A stretch of DNA of 64,000 bases from the NCBI GenBank assembly GCA_951406725.2, contig OX597828.1, positions 5,208,001 to 5,272,000 of the forward strand. Reading direction: 5' to 3'. The position numbers and the translations under genes are program-made. Numbering within the stretch: the stretch's first letter is position 1; every line of letters starts with the position of its first letter. The notes under the pieces are model-generated. The model saw nothing but the letters and a program-made list of their open reading frames with translations, was not told the DNA's origin and ran no database searches. Positions 26,124 through 39,680 of the stretch are shown in pieces. The DNA comes from Octopus vulgaris. Its lineage: Eukaryota.

Positions 26124-27697
26124 CAGTGGCGGTCAAAATTTTCAGAACGGCATTGTTTTCGTCAGAAAAGTAGGTATAAGTTTTTATCAAAGTTGTTTTA
26201 TATTCTATAATTTTCACAGACAATAAATACAATAATTATTATTATTGTCTCAGATTTTAGTGTAATTTGAGAGGATAATACAAAAGTTATGGATGATTTA
26301 GTGATTTACTGCAAAACCCATGGCGACTAAAATGATCAGAACAGTTGAAAAAAATAACAAAATAATAAAAAATGACAGAGAATACTGGAATTATTTAATA
26401 TTTAGTGTGAAGCCCTTTAGCTTCAATCACACTTTGACATCTTCGACTGCATGAGGAAATTAAATTCCATAATTGCTCAGTTATTTTAGGATTTCTGGCT
26501 TTCGAACGTTCTCCTAGAATATTCCACACATTTTCAATAGGATTGAGATCTGGGTTTTGAGCAGGCCAATCCATAACAATAATCTTTTCAGCCTTGAGAA
26601 AGTTCATGACCACCTTAGCCTTGTGACATGGGGCATTGTCCTGCATGAATATGGGTGGTCGCTTAGTTGAATTTCTCAGCACAGGCAAGACATGATCTTT
26701 TACAAGTTGTTTATAAACTCCTGCATTTACCTTTCCATGTAATCCCACCAAAGGGCCCACACCATCTCCAGATATCATCCCTCAAACCATGACAGTTCCT
26801 CCACCGAATTTAACACAAGTCTCAAGGCATTTAGGCGAGAATTTTTCACCTACTTTTCGACGAACGTACCTTTCCCATCTGAGCCAAATAACATAAACTT
26901 AGATTCATCACTGAAAAGCACCGTTTGCCATTTTCCTTGAGACCACAACACATGTTCGGTTGCAAAGGTAAGACGACACTTTTTATTCTTGGAGCTGATC
27001 AGTGGCTTCACTGCAGGTGCTCTCGCTTGTAGGTCATGTTCAACTAAACGACGACACACAGTTTTTCGAGATAAAGTTTTCTTCAGTACAATGCTCATTT
27101 CCCGAGAAACAGCAGCAGCAGTTTTAAATCTGTCCTTTTTAACCAACTTTACCATAGCACAATCTTGGTCGTTTTTCTTAGCCTACCTGTAGACTTTCTT
27201 GCTTCACACGAACCACAATCATCGTAGACCTTAAGAATACCGTGAACAACACTTTTTCACTTGTTAGCAGTCTTTGCAATAGACCCAATACTTAAATTAT
27301 CCTTCTTTCGAAGCTTAATAATCTGCTGACGAATTGGTAACGGAGTAAATGGCATTATATTAACAAAGTACACTGCAGATATTCTTACTAATGTTTAGTA
27401 AACTAACCGTCAGGTAAACAAATTCAAAACATTAGAGTTCACCGGTTAAATATACTAAAACACGGAGTAAAAGCAACCGTTCTGATCTTTTTGGCCGCCA
27501 TGGGTTTTGCAGTAAATCACTATATCATCCATAACTTTTGTATTATCCTCTCAAATTACACCAAAACCACAGACAATAACAATCAATATGGTATTTATTG
27601 TGTGTGAAAATTATAGAAACTAAAACAACTTTGATAAAAACTTATACGTACTTTTCTGACAAAAACAATGCCGTTCTGAACATTTTGGCCGCAACTG
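26124..27697 (-). mobile_element. Full-length Tc1-family DNA transposon (DD34E-type) with ~220-bp IR/DR terminal inverted repeats
   Basis: TA-CAGTGGCGGTCAAAATTTTCAGAACGG at the left and CCGTTCTGAACATTTTGGCCGCAACTG-TA at the right. TIRs align over ~26124-26345 and ~27476-27697. Confidence 0.95.
26395..27355 (-). pseudogene. Tc1 transposase pseudogene
   Basis: ATG at 27355 (MPFTPLPIRQQII...), VLFSDESKF, FMQDNAPCH, WPAQNPDLNPIENVW and GLHTKY*, broken by stops and frameshifts. Confidence 0.92.
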
Positions 27698-27807
27698 TAT
27701 ATATTCACACGCCTATACTTTCTATACTGAGTTTAGATGCCAGTGGAATCCAACCCATCTCTTCGGTTATTGGCTATTTACGTTATGAAAAAAAAAAAAA
27801 AAATCCA

Positions 27808-27929
<122 letters not shown>

Positions 27930-28292
27930 ATTTTTGTCTCGTTTCATTATATGTGAATCCCCACATTTTGTGCCTGTCGTTTGCATTGCCCCACTCATCC
28001 GTCGCACTAGTGGTAAAGAAAATAAATTATTGTTATTAATCTTGTTGTTTTTGTCTCTAGCTAGTCTACGTTTTGTAGCCGCAGAGAATAGGGCCTGGCA
28101 TTGGCAGAAAGTAGATGTGGTTGCTGTTACCTCTTATGTTGTTGATTTTGTTGTCGTTATTTTTATCTTTGTCCGAATTACCTTCAGAAGCTAGCTGCCG
28201 ACACTGTGTGCGTAGAGGTATATTGTTGTTGTTGTTGTTAAGGTTACTGGCTTAACTTTGAAGGAGGAAGAAAAGACAGATTGCTGGCCTAC

Positions 28293-28417
28293 AGTTAGAT
28301 ATCATTGGTCTATAAATAGATTCAATAAAATGTAGGTAGGGAGGCAGGAAGCAAGTTAGATATCATTGGTCTATAAATAGATTCAATAAAATGTAGGTAG
28401 GGAGGCAGGAAGCAAGT
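28293..28417. repeat. Perfect 61-bp tandem duplication
   Basis: agttagatatcattggtctataaatagattcaataaaatgtaggtagggaggcaggaagca x2. Confidence 0.95.
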
Positions 28418-29271
28418 GCTCGTCCTCATGTGGTCAGCAAAGGTCAAAAATATGTGACTAGAACAGCAACAGTTACTGCTACTGTGGTTAGTGAGAGTGA
28501 AGGTAGGTTTTGACCAAACAACGTTAGTGTGTTCTCTTTCAAATATCGTTGACCTTATATTTTCCAGAATAAATAAAGTTATGAGGTTTCGTAGCGGTGC
28601 AGTGTATTTCTTTCTTTTATTCTATTATTTGTTTCAGGCATATGAATGCGGTCATGCTAAAACAACGCCTTGGAGGAATTTTAGTCGAACAAATCAACCC
28701 CAAAACTTATTTTAGTTCTTTGTGGTTTACGTCACTGTTTACAATTATCTTTAAAACATTTTTTATGTATCATAGATGTAATTTTTGGACGCTGAATCCG
28801 AATTTGTTATTCATTTATCCCAGAGCAATTTTTCCAAAAATGTTACAGATGTTCAAAGTTTGATAATTTTCAGCCAATCACAAAAAGCGCGTTCACTTAC
28901 TTATCCATCATGGAGAGCAGGGAGGATCAGTATGTCAAAACATTGCTAGAAATAGCAGTTAAGACATTAAAATATAACATCAAAACATCAAACTACCAGT
29001 TTGTCATCACCCCTTCCTTCCTTATTCATTTATCATCCTTTCGTTATTCATCTTTTACCCCTTTCTTTCTCATTCATATATTGTGACGGAGAAGACCACA
29101 TGAGTATTATTATAGCAGAATTATATCTCCTTCTCCTCCTTCTGCGCATGAGTAGTATCTTTGGTTAGTATGGGAACAAAGATTTTCGCCTGGCTGATGT
29201 GTAAAATACTCGCTTGGTTAAAATACCCAAAAATTTGCAAACTTTAAAGGCTAATAACTTTTTATATATGG

Positions 29272-29458
29272 ATTGCTGCTTGACTGGTCCCGCGCCGGTG
29301 GCACGTAAAAAGCACAATTCGAGCGTGGTCGATGCCAGTACCGCCTGACTGGTGCCCGTGCTGATGGCACGCAAAATCACCCACTACAGCCTCGGAGTTG
29401 TTGGCGATAGGAAGGGCATCCAGCTATAGAAACCTGGCCAGATCAGATTGGAGTCTGG
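29272..29458 (+). mobile_element. SINE-type 3' fragment (GGTGGCACGTAAAAAGCAC / AGGAAGGGCATCCAGC tail)
   Basis: Duplicated tgactgg...tggcacgyaaaa unit and aggaagggcatccagctatagaaac, recognised as a common cephalopod retroposon tail. Confidence 0.6.
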
Positions 29459-29643
29459 AGCAACGCCTTTAGTCGAGCACATCGACCCCAGAACTTATTC
29501 TTTTGTAAGCCTGGTACTTATTCTATCGGTCTCTTTTGCCGCACCGCTAAGTTACGGGGATGTAAACACACCAGCAACGGTTATCAAGAGATGTTGGAGG
29601 GACAAAAAGACACAAACATGCACGCACACGCACACGCACACGC

Positions 29644-29716
<73 letters not shown>

Positions 29717-29834
29717 CATATATACGACAGGCTTCTTTCAGTTTCCGTCTACCAAATCCACTCACAAGGCTTTGCCCAAGGTGCCACGCAGTGGGACTGA
29801 ACCCGGAACCATGTGGTTGGTAAGCAAGCTACTT
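29459..29834 (-). mobile_element. SINE family B body (3' part of a split copy)
   Basis: Highly similar to 16100-16440 apart from a short deletion; ends at GGTAAGCAAGCTACTT. Confidence 0.9.
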
Positions 29835-31822
29835 TATTTCATAAATTTGTCATATAGACAGTACAAAGAGCTTTGCGGGGTGGACAAATACATTAATGAA
29901 GGAAAATGAATTATAATGAATAAATGAGAGACGAAACCCAACACCCGCCGATTGGATTTTTCTCGAAAATATATTTTCTTTTCTTTTTTTTAATCAATAT
30001 GATGTTTCGAACCTCTTACAAGGAGAAGGCTCTAAAACCTCTTACTTAACATGTTTTCTTTTTTTTTTCTTTCTTCAAGCACAAAATTGAGGTTATAAAC
30101 CACTACAAAATAATCCAATAAGATGAGCTTTCAAATGCAGCTTAAGTTCCTGTATCCCACCATTTCCCATGCCTCACTCATGTAGGACATGTAAGTCGTG
30201 TAAGGGCCACCCGGCCATATGCGACACTCCTCCCCAAATCCTTTAAGCCTTTCCCACAAGGGAAACCTTATGACCTCCACAGCTATCTGCGGCGGCCATT
30301 CGAGATCCCGCGTGAAGGGCATATTTACTGTTTCTTTAAGTTCTTCTACTATTTTTCTACCTCCCCGCCCTTGTAGAAAAAGATAATTAATTGATCATCT
30401 TTAAGGGTGGGGGTGGTTTCTTCCACTGTGGGTGGCACAACTTCGGGACATGCAGTCGGCACATCATATCCCCGCTGAGATGACCCGTTCTTCTTCCTTC
30501 TTTTTTTTCTTTTCTTCCTGGCTTCGGGAGAGTGGAGCTCCTCCGCTTTGTCCGGTGACTCTTCCCCGCCTTCCGAAGCCTTAGGTTCCTTCGGCGGGCA
30601 AATATTGTTGCCCGCCTTCTTCCTTTTTAATCCTTTTTGAGTTGAAGAGGCTGAAGCCTCCTCGACCACATCCACTTTGACCGGGTAGGGGAGGTGGCAT
30701 CTAGTGACAGTTCCAGGACCTTACCATGGTCCTGGGGGTAGTTCCTTTTAATGTGGCCTGGCTGCAGGCACGAGTGACACTTTGGGGGACGTCCCTCAAG
30801 TATCACCGGATACCTGCAGCCAGCCATTTTCAAGAAGTCTGGAAAAACCAGTTCTGTTGCGGCCGATGGGGTCCATAGGGCCAAAATCGCTTTTGACCCT
30901 TCCCAATCGACCGCCGGCAATACTCTTACATTTAAGAGCCTGGGCCCGCCATCCCCCAGTCACCGTCGGATGGTATCTTCAATCCAATCCGCTTCGGTGC
31001 CCGGGGGAGCCCACATACCCATGCTCGTATTAATTTTCTTCCACAATATGACGGGAGAAATAGAATTTCCTTGCCTTCTAAAGGCTGACTCGAAAACTGG
31101 CGAGCCTTTTCCCGTTGTCAAACAGCAGCCATACGGTTGCATGTTTGACACTACGGGATATATATTTTACAGGGGACAAATGTTCTTTAAGTTAATTTTT
31201 TTATGACTTGTTTTGGGAAGACGGTGATGGAATTAAGAACCTTAGAATATGTTCTAAGTACCGTCGTCTTCTCCTCCATATCTTTTAACCATTGCTTAGG
31301 CGGGTTAATTTCCCACTCTAAGACAGAGTTTTTCTTTTTAAGTTCCTTCTCTGCCATGTCAAAAAACAGTTCAAAAGTAGTTCAAAAGACAGTCTGCCAA
31401 AAAATTAAACCGAATAAAATAAAACAAAATAAAAGAGGAGGGGAGGAAACCGAAATTAAAGTAATGAAAAGAATGAACCAAAATTTAGAAAGAAAGAAAA
31501 ATAGAAGAAGTGAAAAGTAAAAGAAAAACCTCACAAATAGCACACACAGGGAATCCTTTGTATAATACTCCAAAAAGGTAATCCAAAAGTTAATCCAAAT
31601 GGCTTATTCTTATTTTTCTGGCGAGATACGCCCACTAGTTTCACAAGAATAATTTTCAAAAAAATTCACATTTCACCGTTACGGTGATGAGAACCCAGTA
31701 TTTTGCTCACTATAGCTAGCCATAATTGACAATTTTTCTTTTTGGTCTTTTTTTACTGTTCGCGGAGCCGAAACTCATATCTGCTCACTGTAACAATCCA
31801 GACCAACTAGTGTTGCATTCTG
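29835..31822 (-). mobile_element. ORF1-only L1/Tx1-like (HAL1-like) retroelement with a 16-bp TSD
   Basis: TSD GGTAAGCAAGCTACTT (29819-29834) / GGTAAGCAAAGCTACTT (31823-31839). Has a 5'UTR, a broken gag/ORF1-like ORF with zinc knuckle, a 3'UTR and AATAAA spanning the 3' junction. No RT or EN sequence is recognisable. Confidence 0.8.
30131..31357 (-). pseudogene. ORF1/gag-like nucleic-acid-binding protein (frameshifted)
   Basis: ATG at 31357 (MAEKELKKKNSVLEWEINPPKQWLKDMEEKTTVLRTYSK), then YPVILEGRPPKCHSCLQPGHIKRNYP (CX2CX4HX4C with the last C as Y), a K/R-rich segment and a C-terminal piece at 30131-30322. Confidence 0.75.
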
Positions 31823-31960
<138 letters not shown>

Positions 31961-32867
31961 CAATATGTGGAGAAACGAAAGACGAGCACACAACCAATTC
32001 ATTGCGAGTTACATGTATGGATCAAAATAGTTTGATTCAAATTCGTTGGTACTCGTGAGTTTCAAGTGTGATGTTAGGCGTCGGACATTTTGAATTTTGA
32101 AATTTTTAATCAAATTGTTTTGATCCATATATATATATATATATATATAAATTTAAAATGAGGTTGAAAAATTGGATATTAATTTGATTAACATCAATTT
32201 AAACCAGTGGTCTTGCATATTAAAATCTGAAGGCTCAGAAAATTCTATTACATACATATGAGTGGGATGACCACTACGTGGACAACCCTTATGCTAGAAG
32301 CAGATCCGCTATGGCCTTACCAATAAGAAATTTTGTCAAGAAAATTTAGCAAACACCAGAACGTAAGGCATAAAATATGTTCGGCAGTTAATATATTTCT
32401 GTTTTTTAAGCTGCTGTTCCTACATGGAAGGAAAAATAAATGTATTTGATCGATCACATGCACGCATACCGTTGCCTTGACACACGGAATACATTTAGCA
32501 TTGTTTACTTATACTGGAAAACTCGTAACAAATGCACATATTTCACGATATGAGGTGTATAAAGGATGTTGTCTATGCATATTTTCTTAATGCTCAAGTT
32601 TCTTGCCTATATTGTAGTTTTCTGATATATATAATATTTAGCATCCATCCTGATAAATCATATTTTCGACTAACAAATGCAACGTTATTGAAGTTTCTAC
32701 ACATTTTTGTCATAACGTATCCACTAAGATAAGACGAAATCATTAATCCAATTTTCAAGTGCACTACATTTTAAGACGAGTTTCTTGTTACTCCTTATAA
32801 TTTTAAAATTTTCCCTTCCAAAGCATGTTGACATAATCAAGTTCACATTCGTTTTCCAAGATAAAAC

Positions 32868-32932
<65 letters not shown>

Positions 32933-34070
32933 TGTGTATATGCTTTTTAAGAAACATTATTCAGCATCAGAATATATCTCTACTTAAGAAGGAGAAAAAA
33001 AATATTCGAGAATACAAGAACTACGAAGATTAGACAATAACCATAAACATAAGAATTCTGGCGCCACTTCTAGGTAATTGATGAAAATTTACAAGAGAAT
33101 AATGACGATCTCAAAAAAGAGAGATAATCAGTAACGTTTCAAAATTGTATTTATATAACCAAAAGAAACATTCACAATAAACATTGTTTAGAATTAAGAA
33201 CGCTTAGTTATGTTTTATTGTTCTAAATCAATAGAATACACAAATATTTTCGTTTGCTTTCTTCTTTCTTTTTTAACATCTACTACTACATGAAACTATT
33301 TTCAGCACTCAGCGTTTTATAAATTCGGTAATAATATTACATCTAGAAGGGTAAAACTGTCTATAAGTGGGAGACAGTGCAAGTTTCTATTGTATCATTT
33401 TTTTTAATATTGAGAAGTTGAAGTTGAAGATCAACCCTACCAAGTCGGTGGTAGTGACAGTAAGACTGAATTTACTATTGGCAACTATAGTAGGCATTAA
33501 ATGAAAGAAAGATGTGCCTCCTGTGACAGCTGAATACACTTTTAATGTGCAACAATAAATCATATCACCGTAAACTAAACATTGTTCTAGAGAGGCAGGT
33601 GGTGCACGTACACGGTATCTTCCGGACTTGACGTCTTTCTTTGTAATGTCAATTCTTGTGAATATTTTCGACCGTTGATTGAAATACGCTCCAGAATATC
33701 AAGGAAAAAATATTGTGTCTCATTCCTAAAAAAAATACAATATTTTAGAAATTTAAAGAGTAAGGTTTCATAATATTGCAGGAATTTTTTTTAAAAATTG
33801 ACCCCATAAGGAATATTTTATTTTTCATTATTCAAAATAATTAAATTATGAGATCAAAATAATAAATAATAATTATATACTCTTTATCACATGTTGAAGT
33901 TCTATTTACAAGCAGTATTTGTATGTGCATGCAACTAGCTTTCCTGAGTTATTGTCCTTGCTTCATTCCCGTCTCATATACTTGTATATGTGTACTTGTG
34001 TGTATATATGCATATATATATATATATACATACATACATACATGCATACATACATACATACATACATACA

Positions 34071-34102
<32 letters not shown>

Positions 34103-34359
34103 AAGTATTGGGCTTTAGTTCAGAAGTGAGCTAACCGATTAAGTACGCTAGGTAAGTGCTGTAACGGATTACTAGGGCTTCTTTTTTCTTCTTTCTTTCC
34201 ATCTCATTCTTTTACTCACTTCTATGTCATCATCTCATTAATATATACCATTCTCATTTTGCCTATTTTTTCCCAATAATAATATTGTATACGACTTGAG
34301 ATGTTTGCCTTGTCTTAACGCTTATCGTCCTCTATAACAATTATATATATATATATATA

Positions 34360-35040
34360 TCAAATGGAACAAAAACGCAATAGAGGACATTAAACATCCG
34401 GACAGATAGACGATATTAAGGCGGACAGAGAAAGCAACAATTAGTTTGACATGAAAAATAAGTACGGCTCATTTGTGGCCTTCATTTTGTTCAATCAAGT
34501 TAGCAGATGTCCTAAGAGTTTCGGGCAGTTACACTTGACACTGATCGATCTGGTCTCGCTCCAAAAAGTCTGAATTAAGAGCATTAGATTTTTTTATGTA
34601 CGACAGCTCCCGAATGTGTACGACAACGAAAGCAAAAACCGGAGAACATGATACACAATTACAAATACAAACAACAAGGATATAACAACCGGTGTCTTTC
34701 GGGTGAGGTGAATGAAATTGAGCTGTCGTGTATAAAGTGAAAGCTTTGAAGTAGGAAGATAGGCGATGGAAATAAGATGTGTTGGCAGTCGGCAGTCAGG
34801 CCGGGAAAGAAAGATCGTATGTATGTATGTATTTCGTTTTTGTATATTGCCTGCAAGATTCTTTATGTGAATTCATATGTTGAAGCATATTTTTTCCTCT
34901 CTGGGGAGAGTTCATTCTGATTTAATGCCATATTACTTAACACACACACCGGTTTGATTTCCACTCATTTACTAATATATTTTTCTATATTTTGTTTCTT
35001 CTTGCAAACTCTTCAACACTTGTTGTCCCTGTCCGTTATC
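34360..35040. mobile_element. Unclassified interspersed repeat related to 3020-3497 and 5467-5880
   Basis: Loose similarity by eye (taagagcattagatt vs catctagttctcttag in inverted orientation); next to a TA tract. Confidence 0.4.
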
Positions 35041-37149
35041 AGAGCTGCGTTCGTTTTATTTGTTTGTACGCATGTGTGTGCGTCAGTGTGCATGTGTATA
35101 CACATACGTCTGTGTATATGTATGTATGTGTATCTATGTGCGTATGTATGCATGTGTGTACGCATATATATGTATGCGTGTGTGTACGTTTGTACGTATG
35201 TATTCTGCATATTCATGTGCTTCTATGTTCCTGTTTGTATGGTTGTATGTGTGTGTGTATGTGTGTGCGCGTTTGTGTGTCTTCAAGTGTGTGATTGTGT
35301 TCGCGCGCATTTGTGTGTGTACCCTTGCCTCCTTGTGTGTGCATGCTTGAGTGTGTGTATGAGAATGGACGTGCTTGGATATATACGTGTGTGTGATATG
35401 TATGGATGTGTGCCTCCATATTTGTCCTTGGTTATTTCTACACAACTTCACGGTATGTGAGAGATAGCACTGTTGTGATCCCATCCGTCCTTTCGCAGGT
35501 AATGTTTTCACATTGCATGCTGTTCAACGAAAACCACCCACCCTACCGAATAGGCTTTGTAGGGCGGCCGGTTTAGTTGCTGGTGGCCTGACAATATAAA
35601 AGCTTGTACACCCCCCACGCATGCCACACCAAACACACTACATTCGTCTTCACCCCTATATTCATCGTACCACGCAAAATTTATATATTATGGACCCATA
35701 CGCTGATTTAAAGCGAATATAATGATCTCCGTACATTTTTTGGTATATAAGTATATAGCACACATTTTGGCAGAAATGACTATGTAACATCTCAAAATGT
35801 ATTTCCTAAGCATCGGATTTTCATATTTTGTACATGATTTCTTATTTTCGACAGTAATTTAAAGAAAATATATTCTGGGCTTGGATGCAGTTATGCGACA
35901 TAAAGCAGATAATGTTATACAGTGCCTTGAATAAACATCGCATAATATATTATCTCTTCCGGCATATATCATGAAATGTGTGGCTGTTAATGAAATCATT
36001 AGTGTTTCAGCAGATCTATGACGCATATACATCACATATCGGCAAAACAGAGTTGCTTAATACATCGATCAGTGTGTGAAGTCTCCCGTGGGATTTTTTA
36101 TTTGAGAATATATTACGGATAATATTCATGTTTACATATAGAATAACTTCTCATTAATTATTTAGTGACAGGAACGTAGTTATATTTAGAAAGATCCCAC
36201 TAATACGTCATCTTGGGAATGACTAGTGTTCTGCTACACTAACTTTTTGTAACATATTCCTCTTAGATCTTCGCTATGATAATGCACAGGTCAACGAATA
36301 GCTAAATACCACTGGGGAAAGATATAGTAGCGAAACTAACTTACTTCCCGAAGCAAAATAAAATCAGAAAAGGGACGCTAAATGATACTTCTATGTAAAT
36401 AATGCGTAGAAATTAATATCAAGTCACACTCTATCAGTATATATTAGTCAAATGCATCATATCTACGTTCTGTTGGTATCAAAAGATTAATATAAATTGG
36501 TTTCTCTCATGTGGCAAAAATTAACCGATTTCATGCATTGCATGTGGAAGAAACTACCTTTAAAGTTTTAGTGAATTCATCATATTAGCTTCTGTGTTTA
36601 TTTCAGTTTGATTTTTATTGTATGGACTCTTATTTGTCGTACTAACATAAGTGATTTCAGATAAATCATATCCTTGAAAAGCGCTCACGCACACATTTGT
36701 AAACAGTTTAAAGACGCATATGAACCTAGGCAATAACATTTCAGTTGAATGAATAAACACCACAAATAGACATGCAATCGTCCCTATCAATTTCTGCCAA
36801 TTCAAAAACATCTGAGGATAGCGCCACATTACTTTGACTCATTGTTATTACCCTGGCTCCCATGAAATAGACGTTTTCACCTCCCTGGTGCTGCAAACAT
36901 TCCATTATCTCCCCAATTTCTCCTTTTGTAACAACTGACAATGTAGGGCGTGTTTAGCAGAGAATCTGTAAGCGCATAGCTACAATATTTCCACTCAAAA
37001 ATATCAGTTAGATGTTCCTAAAGTCATCGAAGTTGATCAGTTCTCTTTTCCTTAGAATTAATTTCCCTTCTGTACAGCTCCATTGATCAGTAGCCTAGAT
37101 TTTCATTCATATCTAATTCAGGATTTTGAATGCCATATAGAGCTACTTG

Positions 37150-37800
37150 GAAATTTATTGCCCTGTCCCTATCGGATTCCCAGACGCGTTCCTAGCATTT
37201 TAGCTACTGTAAATGAGAAACAAAAAAGGAAGGCAGATTTTAAAGCCATAGCTTTAACTAAAACACAGACAACACATTCCCTGAGTTGCAATATTATGCT
37301 GCCAAGTCGAAAGGAATACAGCAGTATTAGCGCCAGGCAGTGTTAAAGTATAAACTAGCAGCGTTTAGGTTAGTTAAAATATGTTTGTGACATATTAAAG
37401 ACAATTCACTTTTGTTACCTTCCAGAAATAATTCTTTCTTATGGTAAAAGGTGCAAAGGCACTATATCTGCCCAGTGCTTCCCGCTATTGGATTCCTAAA
37501 CGCGTTTATACCTCTTCGACTATTATCAATCCGAAATACCGAAGTGAAGTAAATCTGGACAGATTTTAAAGCCATAGGTTTAACTAAAGCACAATCAACA
37601 ACATTAATTGTATTGGGTTCTTAGACTATCAGGTCTGAAAATTGTTTGCAATGTCAGCACCAAGCAGTGTTTAGATAGTGAAGTCAGTTAAAATATATTT
37701 GTGACAAATTTCAACTTCTAAAGGCAAACTTAGTGCAGTTACCGTGGAGAAAAAATTCTCTCTTAGGTGTAAATCTTGAGGTTGCATCCCTACAAAACAA
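37150..37800 (+). repeat. Two diverged ~330-bp tandem units
   Basis: ggattcc(c/t)a..cgcgtt, cagattttaaagccatag.tttaactaaa, gcagtgtt and agttaaaatat...tgtgaca recur about 325-345 bp apart. Confidence 0.75.
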
Positions 37801-38332
37801 AAACACCCCAGCAATTTACTGTCCTAGACTATATGTCTTCCCACACCAAGGCAATAATCACAAGCCACTTCGAAGGCAACCACTTACTTTTCATGACACA
37901 GAGATGTGTACATGCTAGCAGAATTCAGTTTCCACAACAATGATGAAGTGCAGCTCTGGATAAAAAAAAAACGATGATAATATCTCAAGTAAAGTTGCAG
38001 CGAGACGTGTTTCTACAAGAGGTAAATTCTGTTTTTAGCGATCAACCTTACATACCTAATATTTTTGCTGAGATTTTATTTGATTGTTTGATGCAACTGA
38101 TAGAATAAAAGTGTTTCAAGTTTTTTCATGTGTGGTAGAACTGATATAGGAAATACACAAACGCGAAACGATTGTCGTTGATCATTTCCGGTTTCTAATA
38201 CCACTTGAAAGCAAATTTAAGATTTGGGCCAAAACATTGAGAAAAACACTTTATCTAGAAGTATGGTCAGGAATATGCAGATATATGCCATCCCGGGCAG
38301 CTATATCACAATCAACTCCAGCTTATATGATA

Positions 38333-38710
38333 CGAGGGTGTGCTGAAATGTTCATAGGTTGTATATGAAGCTGTGAAATCTTGCAAGCATTAATCTCAAC
38401 TGCTCCTATTAATAACTGCATTGTTTTTTCAGGTAAACAGATATTTGACTGTTAAAAAGAGATACCAAACGTAACTGGTAGTGACTACTGTTGAAAGTGA
38501 ACAAAATTTGGCATCATCATGTTATCAAGTATCTGCAGAAAAAGTATTAAGCCCTCAACGACATTTATGCCAACATGTTTGCTGTACTAGCTTTATCAAC
38601 AGGACGAAATGTTGAAGCTAAATTTAGTAGTGGAAGGGAGAGTCTTGAAGGTGACCCAAGGTTTGGACGTCCTGCAAACCGCCACCACCAAAGAAAGCAT
38701 TGATGGCATT
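38333..38710 (+). mobile_element. Mariner 5' fragment
   Basis: TA-CGAGGGTGTGCTGAAA terminus; VIKYLQKK...DIYANM...KFSSGRESLEGDPRFGRP (mariner HTH and GRP linker). Confidence 0.8.
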
Positions 38711-39680
38711 TGTTGTAGTGAAAATGGTACACTCCTACCCACGTGTCAAAGTGATTTGACACAGACACTATAAAGTCTGATAGTCAGTCGTTGTAGGAGG
38801 CCAGTAGTAGTAGGGTCGTTGTGCGAGTTTTCAGTTGGAGTCAGTGTCAGTTATAGGATATGTACGAGTTTGAGTTATCGTCAAGGTAGACGTTTCCAAA
38901 TCATTGTCTTGCGGAGCTATCAGCGATAGTACGATAGCCAGGTCTAAGATACAAAGACGCAAAATACCACCACAACATACTAGTAGCGACAAGAATATTA
39001 CGGCGCCGACAGCAACATACAAGTGGATGAGGATCAACATTATAACAGTGTTCCATACAGAAAATATAAACAGGTCACGCGGACAATGTTGACAGAACAA
39101 AAAGAAACAATTTTCACTGGAAAATAAACAATTCACGCGGATGTAGTTGTAAGAATGTTTCACTTGGAGAAATTAAAAACTCGACAGAGGAGTAACAAAC
39201 AGTTTCTTTGTGAATATTTTATGAAAAATCCGTAAATTTACGAAAAACTTAGGGGATTTCGTTGAGTTGCAAAGAGAGCAACTACAAACAACTTAAAGAA
39301 CAACGAGAACAACAAATTTTACGACAACAAATGCTACAACCTAATGAGGTTAGTAACAAAACCTAAAAATACGTTTTCGCCATACCATGTAGCAAATTCA
39401 ATAAATGAATTTAAATACAACCCGGAAGACGGTATCACATTCAAGGCATATTATCGAAGATTAGAACAAATTTTCGAAAGAAATCCCAAGACTGGACGGA
39501 CGAAATGGAAACGCGTTTAATTCTGAGGAAACTGACGACGACAAAGAATGAGAAATACTGTAACTTTGTATTGCTTAAAAAGGTTTCCGACATACGTTCC
39601 ACGGACACAATCGACATTTTAAGTAGGATGTTTTGTGAAAAACATCGTTGTTCAACACACACTGGAAGTGTTTGGTAACA
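38711..39680 (+). mobile_element. Gypsy-like LTR retrotransposon fragment: LTR (38711-39017), degenerate PBS and gag
   Basis: LTR ends TGTTG...CAACA, followed by aagtggatgaggat (like PBS TGGCGACGAGGAT). gag-like SINEFKYNPEDGITFKAYYRRLEQIFE...WTDEMETRLILRKL...EKYCNFVL. Confidence 0.8.

Noticed and set aside
28293-28417. CRISPR-like repeat
   Set aside because: Adjacent duplication without spacers, in eukaryotic DNA with no cas genes.
36560-36941. Two overlapping minus-strand ORFs, one with a signal-peptide-like start
   Set aside because: No recognisable domain. The nearby donor (AAG|GTAGTT) lies after an in-frame stop, and the alternative frames are closed.
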